Below are positions 28,688 through 39,350 of a stretch of 64,000 bases of DNA, piece after piece (position 1 is the stretch's first letter; every line of letters starts with the position of its first letter). The position numbers were made by a program, and so were the translations under genes. The notes under the pieces are model-generated. The model was not told where the DNA came from, made no database searches, and saw nothing but the letters and a program-made list of their open reading frames with translations. The DNA is taken from the NCBI GenBank assembly GCA_902789225.1, contig CADANC010000003.1, positions 58,731 to 122,730 on the forward strand, given 5' to 3'. This stretch comes from an uncultured Erysipelotrichaceae bacterium (GTDB lineage: Bacteria > Bacillota_I > Bacilli_A > RF39 > UBA660).

Positions 28688-28906
28688 ATGAAAAAAATAT
28701 TAATAAACCTAATTAAGGTATATCAAAAAATGCCACTATCTAGTCACAAGAATTGTAGATTTACACCTACATGTAGTGAATATGCAATAGAAGCAATAGA
28801 TAGATATGGATCAATAAAAGGTACAACAATGGCAATAAAAAGAATAATAAGATGTAACCCATTTGGAAAATATGGATATGATCCTGTACCTAAAAGGAGT
28901 AAATAA
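28688..28906 (+). CDS. yidD: membrane protein insertion efficiency factor YidD
   Basis: A 72-aa protein. The YidD core is [19 protein letters not shown]...[17 protein letters not shown]. Confidence 0.8.
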   Translation: MKKILINLIKVYQKMPLSSHKNCRFTPTCSEYAIEAIDRYGSIKGTTMAIKRIIRCNPFGKYGYDPVPKRSK

Positions 28907-28907
28907 T

Positions 28908-29780
28908 ATGAATAGAATTAAAATGATTTTTATAACTATATTTTTTATAGGACTAACATTTATATGTACAGGATGTACTAATGATGACATGCAAAATATT
29001 AATATAATTGTTACTAATTATCCTAATGAATATATAGTATCTAAATTATATGGAGATTATTCTACAATAAAATCTGTATATCCTGATGGAGTTAAAACAG
29101 ATGAATACAAAATAAGTAATAAATCTAAAAAAGAATATGCAACTACTGGATTATTTGTATATAATGGTTTAATTGAAAAAGAAAGATCTCTAGCAGTTGA
29201 CCTATTAGATTTAAATTCAAACTTAAAAATAATAGATACTGCCTATGTATTAGAAACAGATTATTCTACAGAAGAATTATGGTTAGAACCTTCTTCTCTT
29301 CTAATGATGGCACAAAATGTAAGAATAGGTTTAGAAGAATATATAACAGCTACAGTATTAGAAAATGAAATAGATGAAAAATATGAAGAATTAAAAGTAA
29401 CATTATCTGAATTAGATGCAGAATATCGTTTAGAAGTAGAAAATGCAGAAAATAAAAAAATAGTTGTTGCGAATGCTTCACTAAAGTATTTAGAAAAATT
29501 TAATTTTGAAGTATATTGTATAGATAGCGATGCTACTGATAAAACAATAAGTGAAGTTAATCAAATGATAGATAATAATGAAATCAATTATATCTATATA
29601 TTTAAAAATGATAATATAAATGATAGAGCACAAGAAATATTAAATGCACATGAAAACTTAAAAACACTATCCTTACATAAATTAGATAATATAACAGATG
29701 AAGAAAGAGATAATGATGAAGACTATGTTTCAATTATGAAAAAGAATTTAGATGAATTGAAAAAAGAACTATATCAATAG
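28908..29780 (+). CDS. lipoprotein, unknown function
   Basis: The start was placed at MNRIKMIFITIFFIGLTFICTGCTND (ATG at 28908, RBS aaaggag). A lipobox is present, followed by a coiled-coil-rich acidic domain. Confidence 0.5.
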   Translation: MNRIKMIFITIFFIGLTFICTGCTNDDMQNINIIVTNYPNEYIVSKLYGDYSTIKSVYPDGVKTDEYKISNKSKKEYATTGLFVYNGLIEKERSLAVDLLDLNSNLKIIDTAYVLETDYSTEELWLEPSSLLMMAQNVRIGLEEYITATVLENEIDEKYEELKVTLSELDAEYRLEVENAENKKIVVANASLKYLEKFNFEVYCIDSDATDKTISEVNQMIDNNEINYIYIFKNDNINDRAQEILNAHENLKTLSLHKLDNITDEERDNDEDYVSIMKKNLDELKKELYQ

Positions 29781-29860
29781 TTCTTTTTACATAATTATTC
29801 TTGCAAAAACAGATATTATTTGATAGAATTATATATGTTTACAAGAAGCGAGGTGAAATT

Positions 29861-30124
29861 ATGCCAAATATTAAAGGAGCAATCAAAAGAGTTCGTGGTA
29901 ATAATAGAAAGAGAGTTATTAATACTTATGTATCATCATCTATGTCAACAGCTATTAAAAAATTCGAAAAATCAGTAAAAGAAAATAATAAAGAAGCTGC
30001 AAAAGCAAATCTAAATGTTGCTCTACAAAGAATTGATAAAGCAGTAAATTCAAAATTAGCTCATAAAAATAAAGCTGCTAGATTAAAAAGTAGATTAACA
30101 AAGAAATTAAATAATATGGAATAA
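29861..30124 (+). CDS. rpsT: 30S ribosomal protein S20
   Basis: The start was placed at MPNIKGAIKRVRGNNRKR (ATG at 29861, RBS gaggtg). The 87-aa protein is basic and matches S20 along its length. Confidence 0.85.
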   Translation: MPNIKGAIKRVRGNNRKRVINTYVSSSMSTAIKKFEKSVKENNKEAAKANLNVALQRIDKAVNSKLAHKNKAARLKSRLTKKLNNME

Positions 30125-30148
30125 CCAATTGTATAATTGGTTTTTTTA
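30123..30148 (+). terminator. rho-independent terminator after rpsT
   Basis: The stem is aaccaatt / aattggtt with a gtat loop. A run of seven T follows. Confidence 0.55.
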
Positions 30149-30176
30149 ATATAAAATATTAATTGGAGGATAAAAC

Positions 30177-31088
30177 ATGAAAAGACTTATACCCTACTTA
30201 TTAATATTAATACTTTTAGCGGTCATCATTCTAAATAAAGATGCAATATATGAAAAATATACTGATTATATTATAGAAATAGAATCTAAAGAAATAAAAG
30301 CACCTGAAAATAACGAATATTCAAGAAATTATAGTTTTAGTTATGTACAACTAACTGATGATTTCATACCTGAAAATAAACAAGATTTATTAAATATATT
30401 ATTTACAGGACTTAATTCAGGAAAAGATTCATTTGATTTTTATTGTTCTAAAGATTATGACACATGCATTGAAGATGTAGAAGCAATTGCTAAAGACCAA
30501 GTAGTAATATCGGATATAAATAATTTTGTTCATCCATATAATTCATTTAATCATATAGAAACTAAATATGACACATTAGGACATATAACAATCACAACAA
30601 CAAGAAATTATACAGAAAGTCAAATAAATGAAATCAATAATAAAGTTGATGAAATATATAATAGTATATATGATCCAAATGTAGATTTAACAACAAATAT
30701 AAGTAATATTCATGATTATATAGTGAATAATACACAATATGATAAAGAAAGATCAGATCATAATGTAGTAACTTATTATTCAGATATAGCATATGGACCT
30801 CTATTACAAGGATATGCCTTATGTGGAGGATATGCAGATGCTATGGAATTATTCTTAGAAAAATTAGGAGTAGAAAGTTTTAAAGTATCAAGTGAAGAAC
30901 ATGTATGGAATGCTGTACATCTAAATGATACATGGTTACATCTAGACTTAACTTGGGATGATCCCATAACAACTTCAGGCGAAAACTATTTAACAAAAGA
31001 TTATTTTCTAATAACAACAGAACAATTAGAAGCAATCACTATTAGAGAACATAATTATGATAAAAATGTATATAAAGAATTAGCATAA
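30177..31088 (+). CDS. transglutaminase-like (Cys-His-Asp) domain protein with an N-terminal membrane anchor
   Basis: An N-terminal TM segment is present. The Cys motif is YALCGGYADAM, the His motif is EEHVWNAVHL and the Asp motif is HLDLTWDD. This ordering is typical of the transglutaminase-like superfamily. Confidence 0.65.
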   Translation: MKRLIPYLLILILLAVIILNKDAIYEKYTDYIIEIESKEIKAPENNEYSRNYSFSYVQLTDDFIPENKQDLLNILFTGLNSGKDSFDFYCSKDYDTCIEDVEAIAKDQVVISDINNFVHPYNSFNHIETKYDTLGHITITTTRNYTESQINEINNKVDEIYNSIYDPNVDLTTNISNIHDYIVNNTQYDKERSDHNVVTYYSDIAYGPLLQGYALCGGYADAMELFLEKLGVESFKVSSEEHVWNAVHLNDTWLHLDLTWDDPITTSGENYLTKDYFLITTEQLEAITIREHNYDKNVYKELA

Positions 31089-31103
31089 AAAAAGAGTAGT
31101 CAC

Positions 31104-31976
31104 CTACTCTTTTATATATTTATAAACTTTGTTAATTGTATTATTGAAATTTAAAAAATCAACATCAAACCATTTAACATCAAATTGATTATTAAAAAAA
31201 GTATATTGTCTCTTAGCAAAATGTCTAGAGTCTTTTTTTATTTCATTAATAACTTCATCTAATTTTTTATCTCCAAATAAATATTCCTTAAACTCTTTAT
31301 AACCTATTCCACTATTTAAAATACGACTAGTCTCATATTCATCTTTTAATGATTCAACTTCACTAAGTAAGCCATTTTCTAACATCTTATCTACTCTATC
31401 ATTGATTCTATCATAAATAATATTTCTATCAGTAGTAAGACCTATAACTTTAATATTATAAAGAAGTTTATCTTTATCATTGCTAAATTCTGAATTATTA
31501 ATAAATTTATTTAAAAGTCTAACTAATCTTTGACGATTATTAACATGAACATCAATTTTTTCATCATAATTTCTAATCTTATCAAGTATTTCTTCATTAG
31601 TTAAATCATCAAAAGAAGAATAATTATTTTCAACACTAAATCTATAATCATATAAAGCTGCTTTAATATATAATCCGGTACCACCTACAATAATAACTCT
31701 CTTATTTCTAGATTCTATATCTTTAATACAATTTCTACAATCTTTTTGATAATCAAATACAGTATAATCTTCATTTACATCACGAATATCAATTAAATGA
31801 TGAACAATACCACTCATTTCTTCCTTACTAGGTTTAGCACTTCCTATATTTAATTTTTTATATATAGAAACACTATCTCCATTGATTATTTCAGCATTAT
31901 TTTTTTTTGCTAATTCAATAGATAATTTAGTTTTTCCTACACCAGTAGGCCCAACAATAACAATAATATCATTCAT
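31104..31976 (-). CDS. miaA: tRNA dimethylallyltransferase
   Basis: The P-loop is IVIVGPTGVGKTKLSIELAK. The 290-aa protein has MiaA-like motifs throughout. A bidirectional hairpin (aagagtag-tcac-ctactctt) overlaps its stop codon. Confidence 0.9.
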   Translation of the reverse strand: MNDIIVIVGPTGVGKTKLSIELAKKNNAEIINGDSVSIYKKLNIGSAKPSKEEMSGIVHHLIDIRDVNEDYTVFDYQKDCRNCIKDIESRNKRVIIVGGTGLYIKAALYDYRFSVENNYSSFDDLTNEEILDKIRNYDEKIDVHVNNRQRLVRLLNKFINNSEFSNDKDKLLYNIKVIGLTTDRNIIYDRINDRVDKMLENGLLSEVESLKDEYETSRILNSGIGYKEFKEYLFGDKKLDEVINEIKKDSRHFAKRQYTFFNNQFDVKWFDVDFLNFNNTINKVYKYIKE

Positions 31977-33741
31977 TATAATCCCTCTTAAACATTTTAT
32001 CTAATTCATCTCTAGTATAAGTAATAATTGTAGGTCTACCATGAGGACATGTAAAAGGATTATCACAATATCTAACATTATCTACAATCCATTGCATGTC
32101 ATCAATACTTAAATATTCATGAGCTTTAACACTATTATGACAAGCAATACTCATAATAGTAGTATCAATAAATTTTTCTTTAGAAAAATCACCTTTTTGA
32201 CAAATAAGTTCAAAAATATTATTTATCTCTTTAGAAGAATTCTTTTGATCTATCCATTGAGGATGAGATCTAACTAAAAACGTTCCTTCACCAAATTCTT
32301 CACAAGATATACCAAGTTCTTCTAAAATATATAATCTATCTTTTATTCTTAGATAATTATCTTTACTTAACTCTATTTTTATTGGAGTTAATAAATCAAT
32401 TACAGTGCTTCCTCCATTTAAGAATTCACTCATATATTTTTCATAGTTAATTCTCTCAGCAGCAGCATGTTGGTCAACTAGATAAAAACCATCTTCGTTA
32501 TAACATAAAATATATGTCATAAAAACATTACCAATTACATTCATTTTATTTATTCTAGCAACTCTTGCTTCGCTCTCTTCCAAAGAATCAGCTATATCTT
32601 CTTTTTCTTCATGAACTTCAAAATCCAATTTTATTTCTTCATAATTCTTTTCTTCTTTTTTTAAAACTTTTTCTTCTTCATCATCAACATGTTTAATCTG
32701 ATTATAAACTTCATTAAAAGAAGTAGATGTTCTAACATTAGCTTCAGGAATTAAAGTAAGAGTTTTTAATCTATCATTAATAGAATTACTAATTAGTTTT
32801 AATAAACTATCTAACTTAGAAAACTTAATATCCATTTTAGTAGGATGAATATTAATATCTACTAAGATAGGATCTACATCAATATTAAGAACAATAATAG
32901 GATATCTTCCTTTATGAACGTAGGTATGATAACTATCTATAATACATCTATTTAAATCATTATTTTTAATAACTCTTCCATTAACTAAAGTAGTAATACT
33001 ATTTCTATTAGATTTAGTTACTTCAGGATAAGAAATATATCCAGTAATACTATAATCATCATTAGATGCATCAATAGGTATCATCTTTTTAGTAATATTA
33101 GCCCCATATATATCATAAATTACTTTTAGTAAATCACCATTACCAGAAGTTTCTAATAATACATTATCATTATTACTTAATTTAAATTTTATATTAGGAT
33201 AAGATAAAGCCATCTTATCAATATATTCAACTATATTAGCAAGTTCAACATATAAATTCTTTAAATACTTTAATCTTACTGGAGTATTATAGAATAAATC
33301 ACTTACAATGATATCAGTACCTTTTGCTAAATCACATGATTTAACTTTCATATCATTTCCACCATTTATAGTAATTAAAGTACCTACTTTGCCATCACTA
33401 GTCTTAAGTCTAACTTTACTAACACTAGCTATACTTGGAAGAGCCTCACCTCTAAATCCTAATGATTCAATATAAAACAAATCATCCAAATTACTTATCT
33501 TACTAGTGGCATGCCTTTGAAAAGCAAGTTTAGCATCTTCTCTACTCATACCAATACCATTATCATAAACTTCTATTTCTTTAACTCCAGAATCAGTTAA
33601 TTTAATTTCTATTACATCAGCTTCACCATCAATAGAATTTTCAACAAGTTCTTTGACAACATTCATGCATGATTCAACAACTTCACCAGCTGCTATTTTA
33701 TTTGCTAAGTTGTCATCCATTACTTTAATTTTATTCATCAA
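31969..33741 (-). CDS. mutL: DNA mismatch repair protein MutL
   Basis: The GHKL ATPase motifs are ELVENSIDG and DNGIGMSREDAKLAFQRHATSKI. A C-terminal dimerisation domain is present. The gene overlaps miaA by 8 nt. Confidence 0.9.
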   Translation of the reverse strand: MMNKIKVMDDNLANKIAAGEVVESCMNVVKELVENSIDGEADVIEIKLTDSGVKEIEVYDNGIGMSREDAKLAFQRHATSKISNLDDLFYIESLGFRGEALPSIASVSKVRLKTSDGKVGTLITINGGNDMKVKSCDLAKGTDIIVSDLFYNTPVRLKYLKNLYVELANIVEYIDKMALSYPNIKFKLSNNDNVLLETSGNGDLLKVIYDIYGANITKKMIPIDASNDDYSITGYISYPEVTKSNRNSITTLVNGRVIKNNDLNRCIIDSYHTYVHKGRYPIIVLNIDVDPILVDINIHPTKMDIKFSKLDSLLKLISNSINDRLKTLTLIPEANVRTSTSFNEVYNQIKHVDDEEEKVLKKEEKNYEEIKLDFEVHEEKEDIADSLEESEARVARINKMNVIGNVFMTYILCYNEDGFYLVDQHAAAERINYEKYMSEFLNGGSTVIDLLTPIKIELSKDNYLRIKDRLYILEELGISCEEFGEGTFLVRSHPQWIDQKNSSKEINNIFELICQKGDFSKEKFIDTTIMSIACHNSVKAHEYLSIDDMQWIVDNVRYCDNPFTCPHGRPTIITYTRDELDKMFKRDYNE

Positions 33742-33785
33742 ATCACATTCTTTCTAAATGAAGTCTATACTAATTGTTTAAATAA

Positions 33786-34199
33786 TTAACAGCTAATTTT
33801 TTTACCATTGTCTTTAGATTTTTTTCCAGAATAATATACTCTACACTCATTAGTACAATCAAGTTTAACCTTAAATGTATATTCTGATACTTCAGTAGAA
33901 TCATCTTCAGTAATAAAAACCTTTCCATCACAAAATCCCTTATTTGATGGATCAATAGGTTCATCCATATAACCCTGATTATATAAATCTCTAATATCAT
34001 ATTCAGTATTTCCTGTTTGTAAATCATTCATATACTTGCCTTGAGCAGCTGAATAAGCAGATTCATAAATATTATCATATGCACGATTTCTAGTCTTACC
34101 AATATATTTAGTTACTGCTGGTAATGCAACAGCAAACAAAATACCAATTATAACAATCACACCAAGTAACTCTATCATAGAAAACCCTTTATTATTCAT
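33786..34199 (-). CDS. prepilin-type N-terminal cleavage/methylation domain protein (type IV pilin / pseudopilin)
   Basis: The start was placed at MNNKGFSMIELLGVIVIIGILFAVALPAV (ATG at 34199, RBS gaggtg). The class III signal is G|FSMIE with Glu at +5. The 137-aa protein has three Cys residues in its C-terminal half. Confidence 0.7.
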   Translation of the reverse strand: MNNKGFSMIELLGVIVIIGILFAVALPAVTKYIGKTRNRAYDNIYESAYSAAQGKYMNDLQTGNTEYDIRDLYNQGYMDEPIDPSNKGFCDGKVFITEDDSTEVSEYTFKVKLDCTNECRVYYSGKKSKDNGKKISC

Positions 34200-34237
34200 A
34201 AAACACCTCACTATAAATATTATCTAAAATAATTATA

Positions 34238-36004
34238 CTACATTTCTTCATCAAGTGACTCTTTTAATTTAGTAGCGACTTCCTCCGGAACCACTTCACT
34301 AAGTTCATCAATAGAAGCTTCTTTAATTTTTTTTAAAGAGCCAAATCTCTTTAATAATTCTTTCTTACGAACTTCTCCAATACCCTCAATTAAATCTAAT
34401 CTAGAAGCAAGAGCACCTTTAGATTTAATATTTCTATGGTATGAAATAGCATATCTATGTACTTCGTCTTGTATCTTAGTTAAAAATAAGAATAAATTAG
34501 TATCTTTACTTACTTCTAATATTTCATAATTAGAATTCATAATAGCATTAGTTCTATGCTTATCATTTTTAACTAAACCAATAATAGTAATATCTAAATG
34601 TAAAGAATCTATAATTTCCTTACAAACAGCAATTTGAGTCTTGCCACCATCCATAACAATAATATCAGGCATAACTCCATTATCCATTAGTAATCTATAA
34701 TATCTTCTATAAATAACTTCTCTCATAGCACTCAAATCATCTTTAACAGAAACATCTAATTTAAATTTACGATATTCATTCTTATTAGGTAAAAAATCAT
34801 CAAAAACAACCATACCACCTACATAATAAGTACCAAATAAATGAGAATTATCAAAAGCCTCAATTCTAGAAGCACTAGAAATATTAAGTAATTCTCTCAA
34901 TTCTTTAACAGCATTAATTCTTTTTAAATCATCTTTTTCAATAGTCTCTTCTCTTAATCTAAATTGCTCTTCTGCATTCTCTTTAGCTAGATCAATTAAT
35001 TTTTTTATTTTCCCTTTACTAGGCTTATAAACATTAATATTAAAATACTCACTCATAAGATCAATATCAAATTCATCTGATACATATAATTCATGAGGCA
35101 TTATACCCTGTTTATCATAAAATTTAATTAAATATTCTAAAGAAGCTTCAACAGGATCATCTAAGCAACCAATAATCTCATTATGTCTACCAAACAATAA
35201 TCCATTTCTTATAAAGAATATTTCTATACTTAAATAATTCTTATCACAGTAATAATTAACTACATCAAAATCATTACTATTATTAAGATCTATTTTTTGT
35301 CTCTTTAATGTTGTATTAATATCATCAATCATAATTTTATATTCTTGTGCTCTTTCATAGTTCATATCATTTGATGCCTCTAACATTTTTTCATTAAGCT
35401 TAGATGTAACAATTGAACTATTTCCTCTTAAGAATGATTTAATCTCTTCTATCATTTCATTAATCTTATCTTCATCAATATTTAACTTACAATAACCTAA
35501 ACATTCATGAATATGATAGTAAAGACATAAATCTTTCTTTAAATGATCACATTTTCTTAATGGATATACTCTATTTATTATTTCTACAGTTCTACGAGCT
35601 GCTCCTGCATTAGGATAAGGTCCAAATAAATTACCCTTCATTTTCTTTCTTTTAACATTTCGAACAACTTTAACTACAGGATATTTTTCATGAGTAACCT
35701 CAATATATGGATAACTCTTATCATCACGAAGTAATATATTATATTTAGGATCATATTTTTTTATTAAAGTAATTTCTAATATTAAGGACTCTAATTCAGA
35801 TGAAGTAACTATATATTCAAAATCATCTATATCTTCAACTAACATTCTAGTTTTACCGGTAACTGTTCTAGTAAAATAACTTCTAAGCCTTCTTTGTAAG
35901 TTTTTAGCTTTTCCTACATATATTATTACCCCATCTTTATTTTTCATTTGATAACTACCAGGTTTAGTAGGAACAAGAGCAAGTTTATCTTTAAAATCCT
36001 TCAT
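34238..36004 (-). CDS. uvrC: excinuclease ABC subunit C
   Basis: The N-terminal GIY-YIG motif is GVIIYVGKAKNLQRRLRSYF. UvrBC-interaction, RNase H-like and C-terminal HhH domains follow. The protein is 588 aa. Confidence 0.9.
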   Translation of the reverse strand: MKDFKDKLALVPTKPGSYQMKNKDGVIIYVGKAKNLQRRLRSYFTRTVTGKTRMLVEDIDDFEYIVTSSELESLILEITLIKKYDPKYNILLRDDKSYPYIEVTHEKYPVVKVVRNVKRKKMKGNLFGPYPNAGAARRTVEIINRVYPLRKCDHLKKDLCLYYHIHECLGYCKLNIDEDKINEMIEEIKSFLRGNSSIVTSKLNEKMLEASNDMNYERAQEYKIMIDDINTTLKRQKIDLNNSNDFDVVNYYCDKNYLSIEIFFIRNGLLFGRHNEIIGCLDDPVEASLEYLIKFYDKQGIMPHELYVSDEFDIDLMSEYFNINVYKPSKGKIKKLIDLAKENAEEQFRLREETIEKDDLKRINAVKELRELLNISSASRIEAFDNSHLFGTYYVGGMVVFDDFLPNKNEYRKFKLDVSVKDDLSAMREVIYRRYYRLLMDNGVMPDIIVMDGGKTQIAVCKEIIDSLHLDITIIGLVKNDKHRTNAIMNSNYEILEVSKDTNLFLFLTKIQDEVHRYAISYHRNIKSKGALASRLDLIEGIGEVRKKELLKRFGSLKKIKEASIDELSEVVPEEVATKLKESLDEEM

Positions 36005-36073
36005 ATAATCACTTCCAACTCATATTATAACATAATATCATAAATAAAAAGGAAGTAAACACTTCCTTAATTA

Positions 36074-38479
36074 TTATTGACTATTTTCTACTTCATCCAA
36101 AAGATTTTCTCCATCATCTTCTTCATCAGCAATTAACTTATCTTCCTCATCTTTTTCGTCATATTTTATTTCGACATTTTGAGTAAAATCCATCTTCTCT
36201 TCAGTAGCAAGTTGTTCTTTAGCTTCATTAACAGTAATAGTTTCAACTTCTTGTTGAGGTGTTAAATCTTGTCTTCCAACTACTTCCCAATTATTAGAAC
36301 CATCAGGTTTCCTAATAACTCCAGTCTCTTCTAATTCATCAATGATACGACCTGCTCTATTATATCCAACTTTGAATTTTCTTTGAATCATAGAAGCGCT
36401 AGCTTTATTAGTAGAAGTAACCAAGTCTACTACTTCATCATATAAAGGATCTAAATCATTTATATTGATTCCAGCTCCACCTACACTAGCTCCAGATAAA
36501 TTTTCTAATGTAGCATCATATTGAGCTTCTTGTTGAGATTTAACATGATCACATATTCTTTTAATTTCATCATCTGTAATAAATGAACCTTGAATACGAG
36601 TAGGAGTATTAGTTCCAATAGGCATATATAACATATCACCTTTACCAAGAAGTTTTTCTGCTCCAACTGTATCAAGAATAGTACGAGAATCAATTCCAGA
36701 TCCTACAGCAAAAGCTATACGAGAAGGAATATTAGCCTTAATTAAACCAGTAATAACTTCAGTTGAAGGTCTTTGAGTTGCTACAATTAAATGCATTCCA
36801 GCAGCTCTAGCTTTTTGAGTAATACGTAAAATAGAATCTTCAACGTCTTTAGCAGCAACCATCATCAAGTCACTTAACTCGTCTATAATAATTACTATAT
36901 AAGGCATTCTCTTTTTCTTTTCACTATTTTTCTTATTTTCTTTATCAATATAATCATTATATGATTCAATGTTCTTTGTACCAGAATCACTAAATTGATG
37001 ATAACGTCTTTCCATTTCTTGAACCATTTTTTGAAGTAAAACACTAGCTTCCTTAGGATCATTAACAACAGGACACATCAAATGAGGAATATCATTATAA
37101 ACAGATAACTCAACTACTTTAGGATCCACCATAGCAAGTTTAACTTCATCAGGTTTAGCTCTCATCAATATAGAACAAATAATACCATTAACACATACAC
37201 TCTTACCAGAACCAGTAGTACCAGCAATAAGTAAGTGAGGCATCTTATCAATTCTACAAGTACCTATATCACCCATGATACTTTTACCTAGAGGAACTAA
37301 TAACTTTTGATCAAATTGAGATTTCATTTCATTAGAGTCAATTATTTCTCTAAAACTAACACTTCTAGGATGATCATTAGCAAACTCAATTCCTACAGTT
37401 CTCTTTCCAGGAATAGGAGCTTCAATTCTTACATCTTTTTTAGCAAGTTCTAAAGCAATTTCTCTATTAATACTTGTAATCTTATTAACACGTGTACCAG
37501 ACGCAACTTCTAACTCATATTGAGCAACAGTAGGTCCAACATGTACTTCTTTAACAGTAGCATTAATATTAAAATCTTTTAAAACATTTTCTAAATGTTG
37601 AATATTTTCATTAATAGCATCTTGTTGCTTATCATCATCAATATCATCTTTCTTAATTTCATTTAATAAATCAATACTAGGTAATTGATAATTCTCATTA
37701 ACAACAACTTCTTTTTTCTGAGGCTCACTCTTAACAATAACAGGCTGAGCTGCTTGATTATCTGCCACAGTATCTTTATGTAAACCAGTAATTATAGCAG
37801 TAGATGTTAATTCTTTTTCTTTTCCATCTTCTTCATCTTCATCATCATCTTCTTTAGAAGAATCAATTTTTTCTTTTATTTTTTCTTTTCCTTCAACAAA
37901 TTTTTCTGATATAGTTCCAAAGAAGTCAAATCCGATAATCATAAATAATCCAAATAGAATTAATAATCCAGATATAATATACATTCCTGCCATAGAAAAC
38001 AATTTAACAAATATTATAGCAAGAACACCACCAATAATACCTCCACCACAATAGAAGTAATTATTAATCTCTCCACCACTCATCATAGTCTTAAATGTAT
38101 CAATAATATGATTCATAGTATCATTAAATACAAACATAGCATTATTTCCGTTAGTAAAGAATCCTCTATGAAATAAAATAACAGCACCTAAGAATAATAA
38201 ATAAGCACCAATAAATCTAGTTGAAAATAAATCAGCATCTTCATCTTTTACTAATAGTACTAATCCAATTACAATTAATCCTGTCAATAATACATAACAT
38301 AATAAAGATCCAACTAATAGTATAGTTACCCAATGAATAAATTTTCCAACTATACCAAAATTACCAAATCCAAGTATACTTAAAATAATAAGAAATATAC
38401 CCGTCAATTGATTCTTATATCTAAAAACAACTTTCTTCTTTCTTCCTCTTTTAGCCATAGTCCTCACCCTATAAGTCAA
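36074..38479 (-). CDS. ftsK: DNA translocase FtsK/SpoIIIE
   Basis: An N-terminal 4-TM region is followed by an acidic linker. The motor domain has Walker A (GTTGSGKSV) and Walker B (YIVIIIDELSDL) motifs. A C-terminal gamma winged-helix domain is present. Confidence 0.9.
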   Translation of the reverse strand: MTYRVRTMAKRGRKKKVVFRYKNQLTGIFLIILSILGFGNFGIVGKFIHWVTILLVGSLLCYVLLTGLIVIGLVLLVKDEDADLFSTRFIGAYLLFLGAVILFHRGFFTNGNNAMFVFNDTMNHIIDTFKTMMSGGEINNYFYCGGGIIGGVLAIIFVKLFSMAGMYIISGLLILFGLFMIIGFDFFGTISEKFVEGKEKIKEKIDSSKEDDDEDEEDGKEKELTSTAIITGLHKDTVADNQAAQPVIVKSEPQKKEVVVNENYQLPSIDLLNEIKKDDIDDDKQQDAINENIQHLENVLKDFNINATVKEVHVGPTVAQYELEVASGTRVNKITSINREIALELAKKDVRIEAPIPGKRTVGIEFANDHPRSVSFREIIDSNEMKSQFDQKLLVPLGKSIMGDIGTCRIDKMPHLLIAGTTGSGKSVCVNGIICSILMRAKPDEVKLAMVDPKVVELSVYNDIPHLMCPVVNDPKEASVLLQKMVQEMERRYHQFSDSGTKNIESYNDYIDKENKKNSEKKKRMPYIVIIIDELSDLMMVAAKDVEDSILRITQKARAAGMHLIVATQRPSTEVITGLIKANIPSRIAFAVGSGIDSRTILDTVGAEKLLGKGDMLYMPIGTNTPTRIQGSFITDDEIKRICDHVKSQQEAQYDATLENLSGASVGGAGININDLDPLYDEVVDLVTSTNKASASMIQRKFKVGYNRAGRIIDELEETGVIRKPDGSNNWEVVGRQDLTPQQEVETITVNEAKEQLATEEKMDFTQNVEIKYDEKDEEDKLIADEEDDGENLLDEVENSQ

Positions 38480-38543
38480 TTATACAATAAAAGAAATAAA
38501 AAAAAAAGAACTAGACAGTTCTTAAATTTTTATAGACAATTAA

Positions 38544-39101
38544 TTATGCTCTAGAAACATATTTTCCATCTGAAGTAGAAACAACTATAGTTTCCCCTTC
38601 TTCAATGAATAAAGGAACTCTAACTAATAGTCCAGTCTCAACAGTAGCATCTTTTAATGCATTGTTAGTAGTATTACCCTTAACAGCAGGTTCAGTATGA
38701 GTTACTTTTAAATTAATCTTATCAGGAAGATCTATACCAATAACTTCTCCTTCAAAAGAAGTAATATAAACTTCTGCATTTTCGATTAAATAATTAACTC
38801 CATCACCTAAATGATCTTTAGTTAAACTAATTTGTTCATAAGTTTCCATATTCATAAAATAATATTCATCACCCATAGAATATAGATATTGCATTAATTG
38901 TTTTTCAATTCTAGCAGTCTCAACTTTAACACCAGCATTAAATGTTTTTTCAAATATAGCTCCACTTCTTAAATTCTTAAGTTTTGCTTTAACTATTGCT
39001 GCACCTTTACCAGGTTTAACATGTTGAGTTTCCATTACTACAAAGATCTCACCATCTACTTGAATAGTAATACCATTTTTTAAATCATTAGTGCTTATCA
39101 C
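38544..39101 (-). CDS. efp: elongation factor P
   Basis: The start codon is GTG at 39101, preceded by RBS gggagg. The KPGKGAA loop carries the modified Lys. The 185-aa protein has the three-domain EF-P layout. Confidence 0.9.
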   Translation of the reverse strand: MISTNDLKNGITIQVDGEIFVVMETQHVKPGKGAAIVKAKLKNLRSGAIFEKTFNAGVKVETARIEKQLMQYLYSMGDEYYFMNMETYEQISLTKDHLGDGVNYLIENAEVYITSFEGEVIGIDLPDKINLKVTHTEPAVKGNTTNNALKDATVETGLLVRVPLFIEEGETIVVSTSDGKYVSRA

Positions 39102-39117
39102 TTAGATTACCTCCCTA

Positions 39118-39282
39118 TTACTTTTTCTCCTTATGTTCAGTATGTTTTCTACAAGTTGGACAATATTTGCTTAATTCAAGACGATCAACTGTTTTCTTAA
39201 CATTTTTTTCTACACGATAATTTTCTTGACCACATACACCACAAACTAATGTTTTGTATTGTCTATTTCCTACCTTTGCCAT
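39118..39282 (-). CDS. rpmG: 50S ribosomal protein L33 (Cys4 zinc-ribbon type)
   Basis: This gene is not in the ORF track. The minus-strand translation is [54 protein letters not shown] (54 aa) and matches L33 (C..C..NY...RLEL.KYC..C.KHT.H.E.K). The RBS is aggagg. Its stop codon abuts the efp RBS. Confidence 0.75.
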   Translation of the reverse strand: MAKVGNRQYKTLVCGVCGQENYRVEKNVKKTVDRLELSKYCPTCRKHTEHKEKK

Positions 39283-39310
39283 TTCAATACCTCCTTTAAC
39301 GCCTGTATAT

Positions 39311-39338
39311 ATTATAACAAAATTCTTTTAAATATCAA
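39311..39338 (-). promoter_or_regulatory. predicted sigma-A promoter for rpmG-efp
   Basis: Read on the minus strand, TTGATA is the -35, a 16-nt spacer follows, and TATAAT is the -10. The element lies about 30 nt upstream of the rpmG RBS. Confidence 0.45.
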
Positions 39339-39350
39339 GATTTTTTATCA

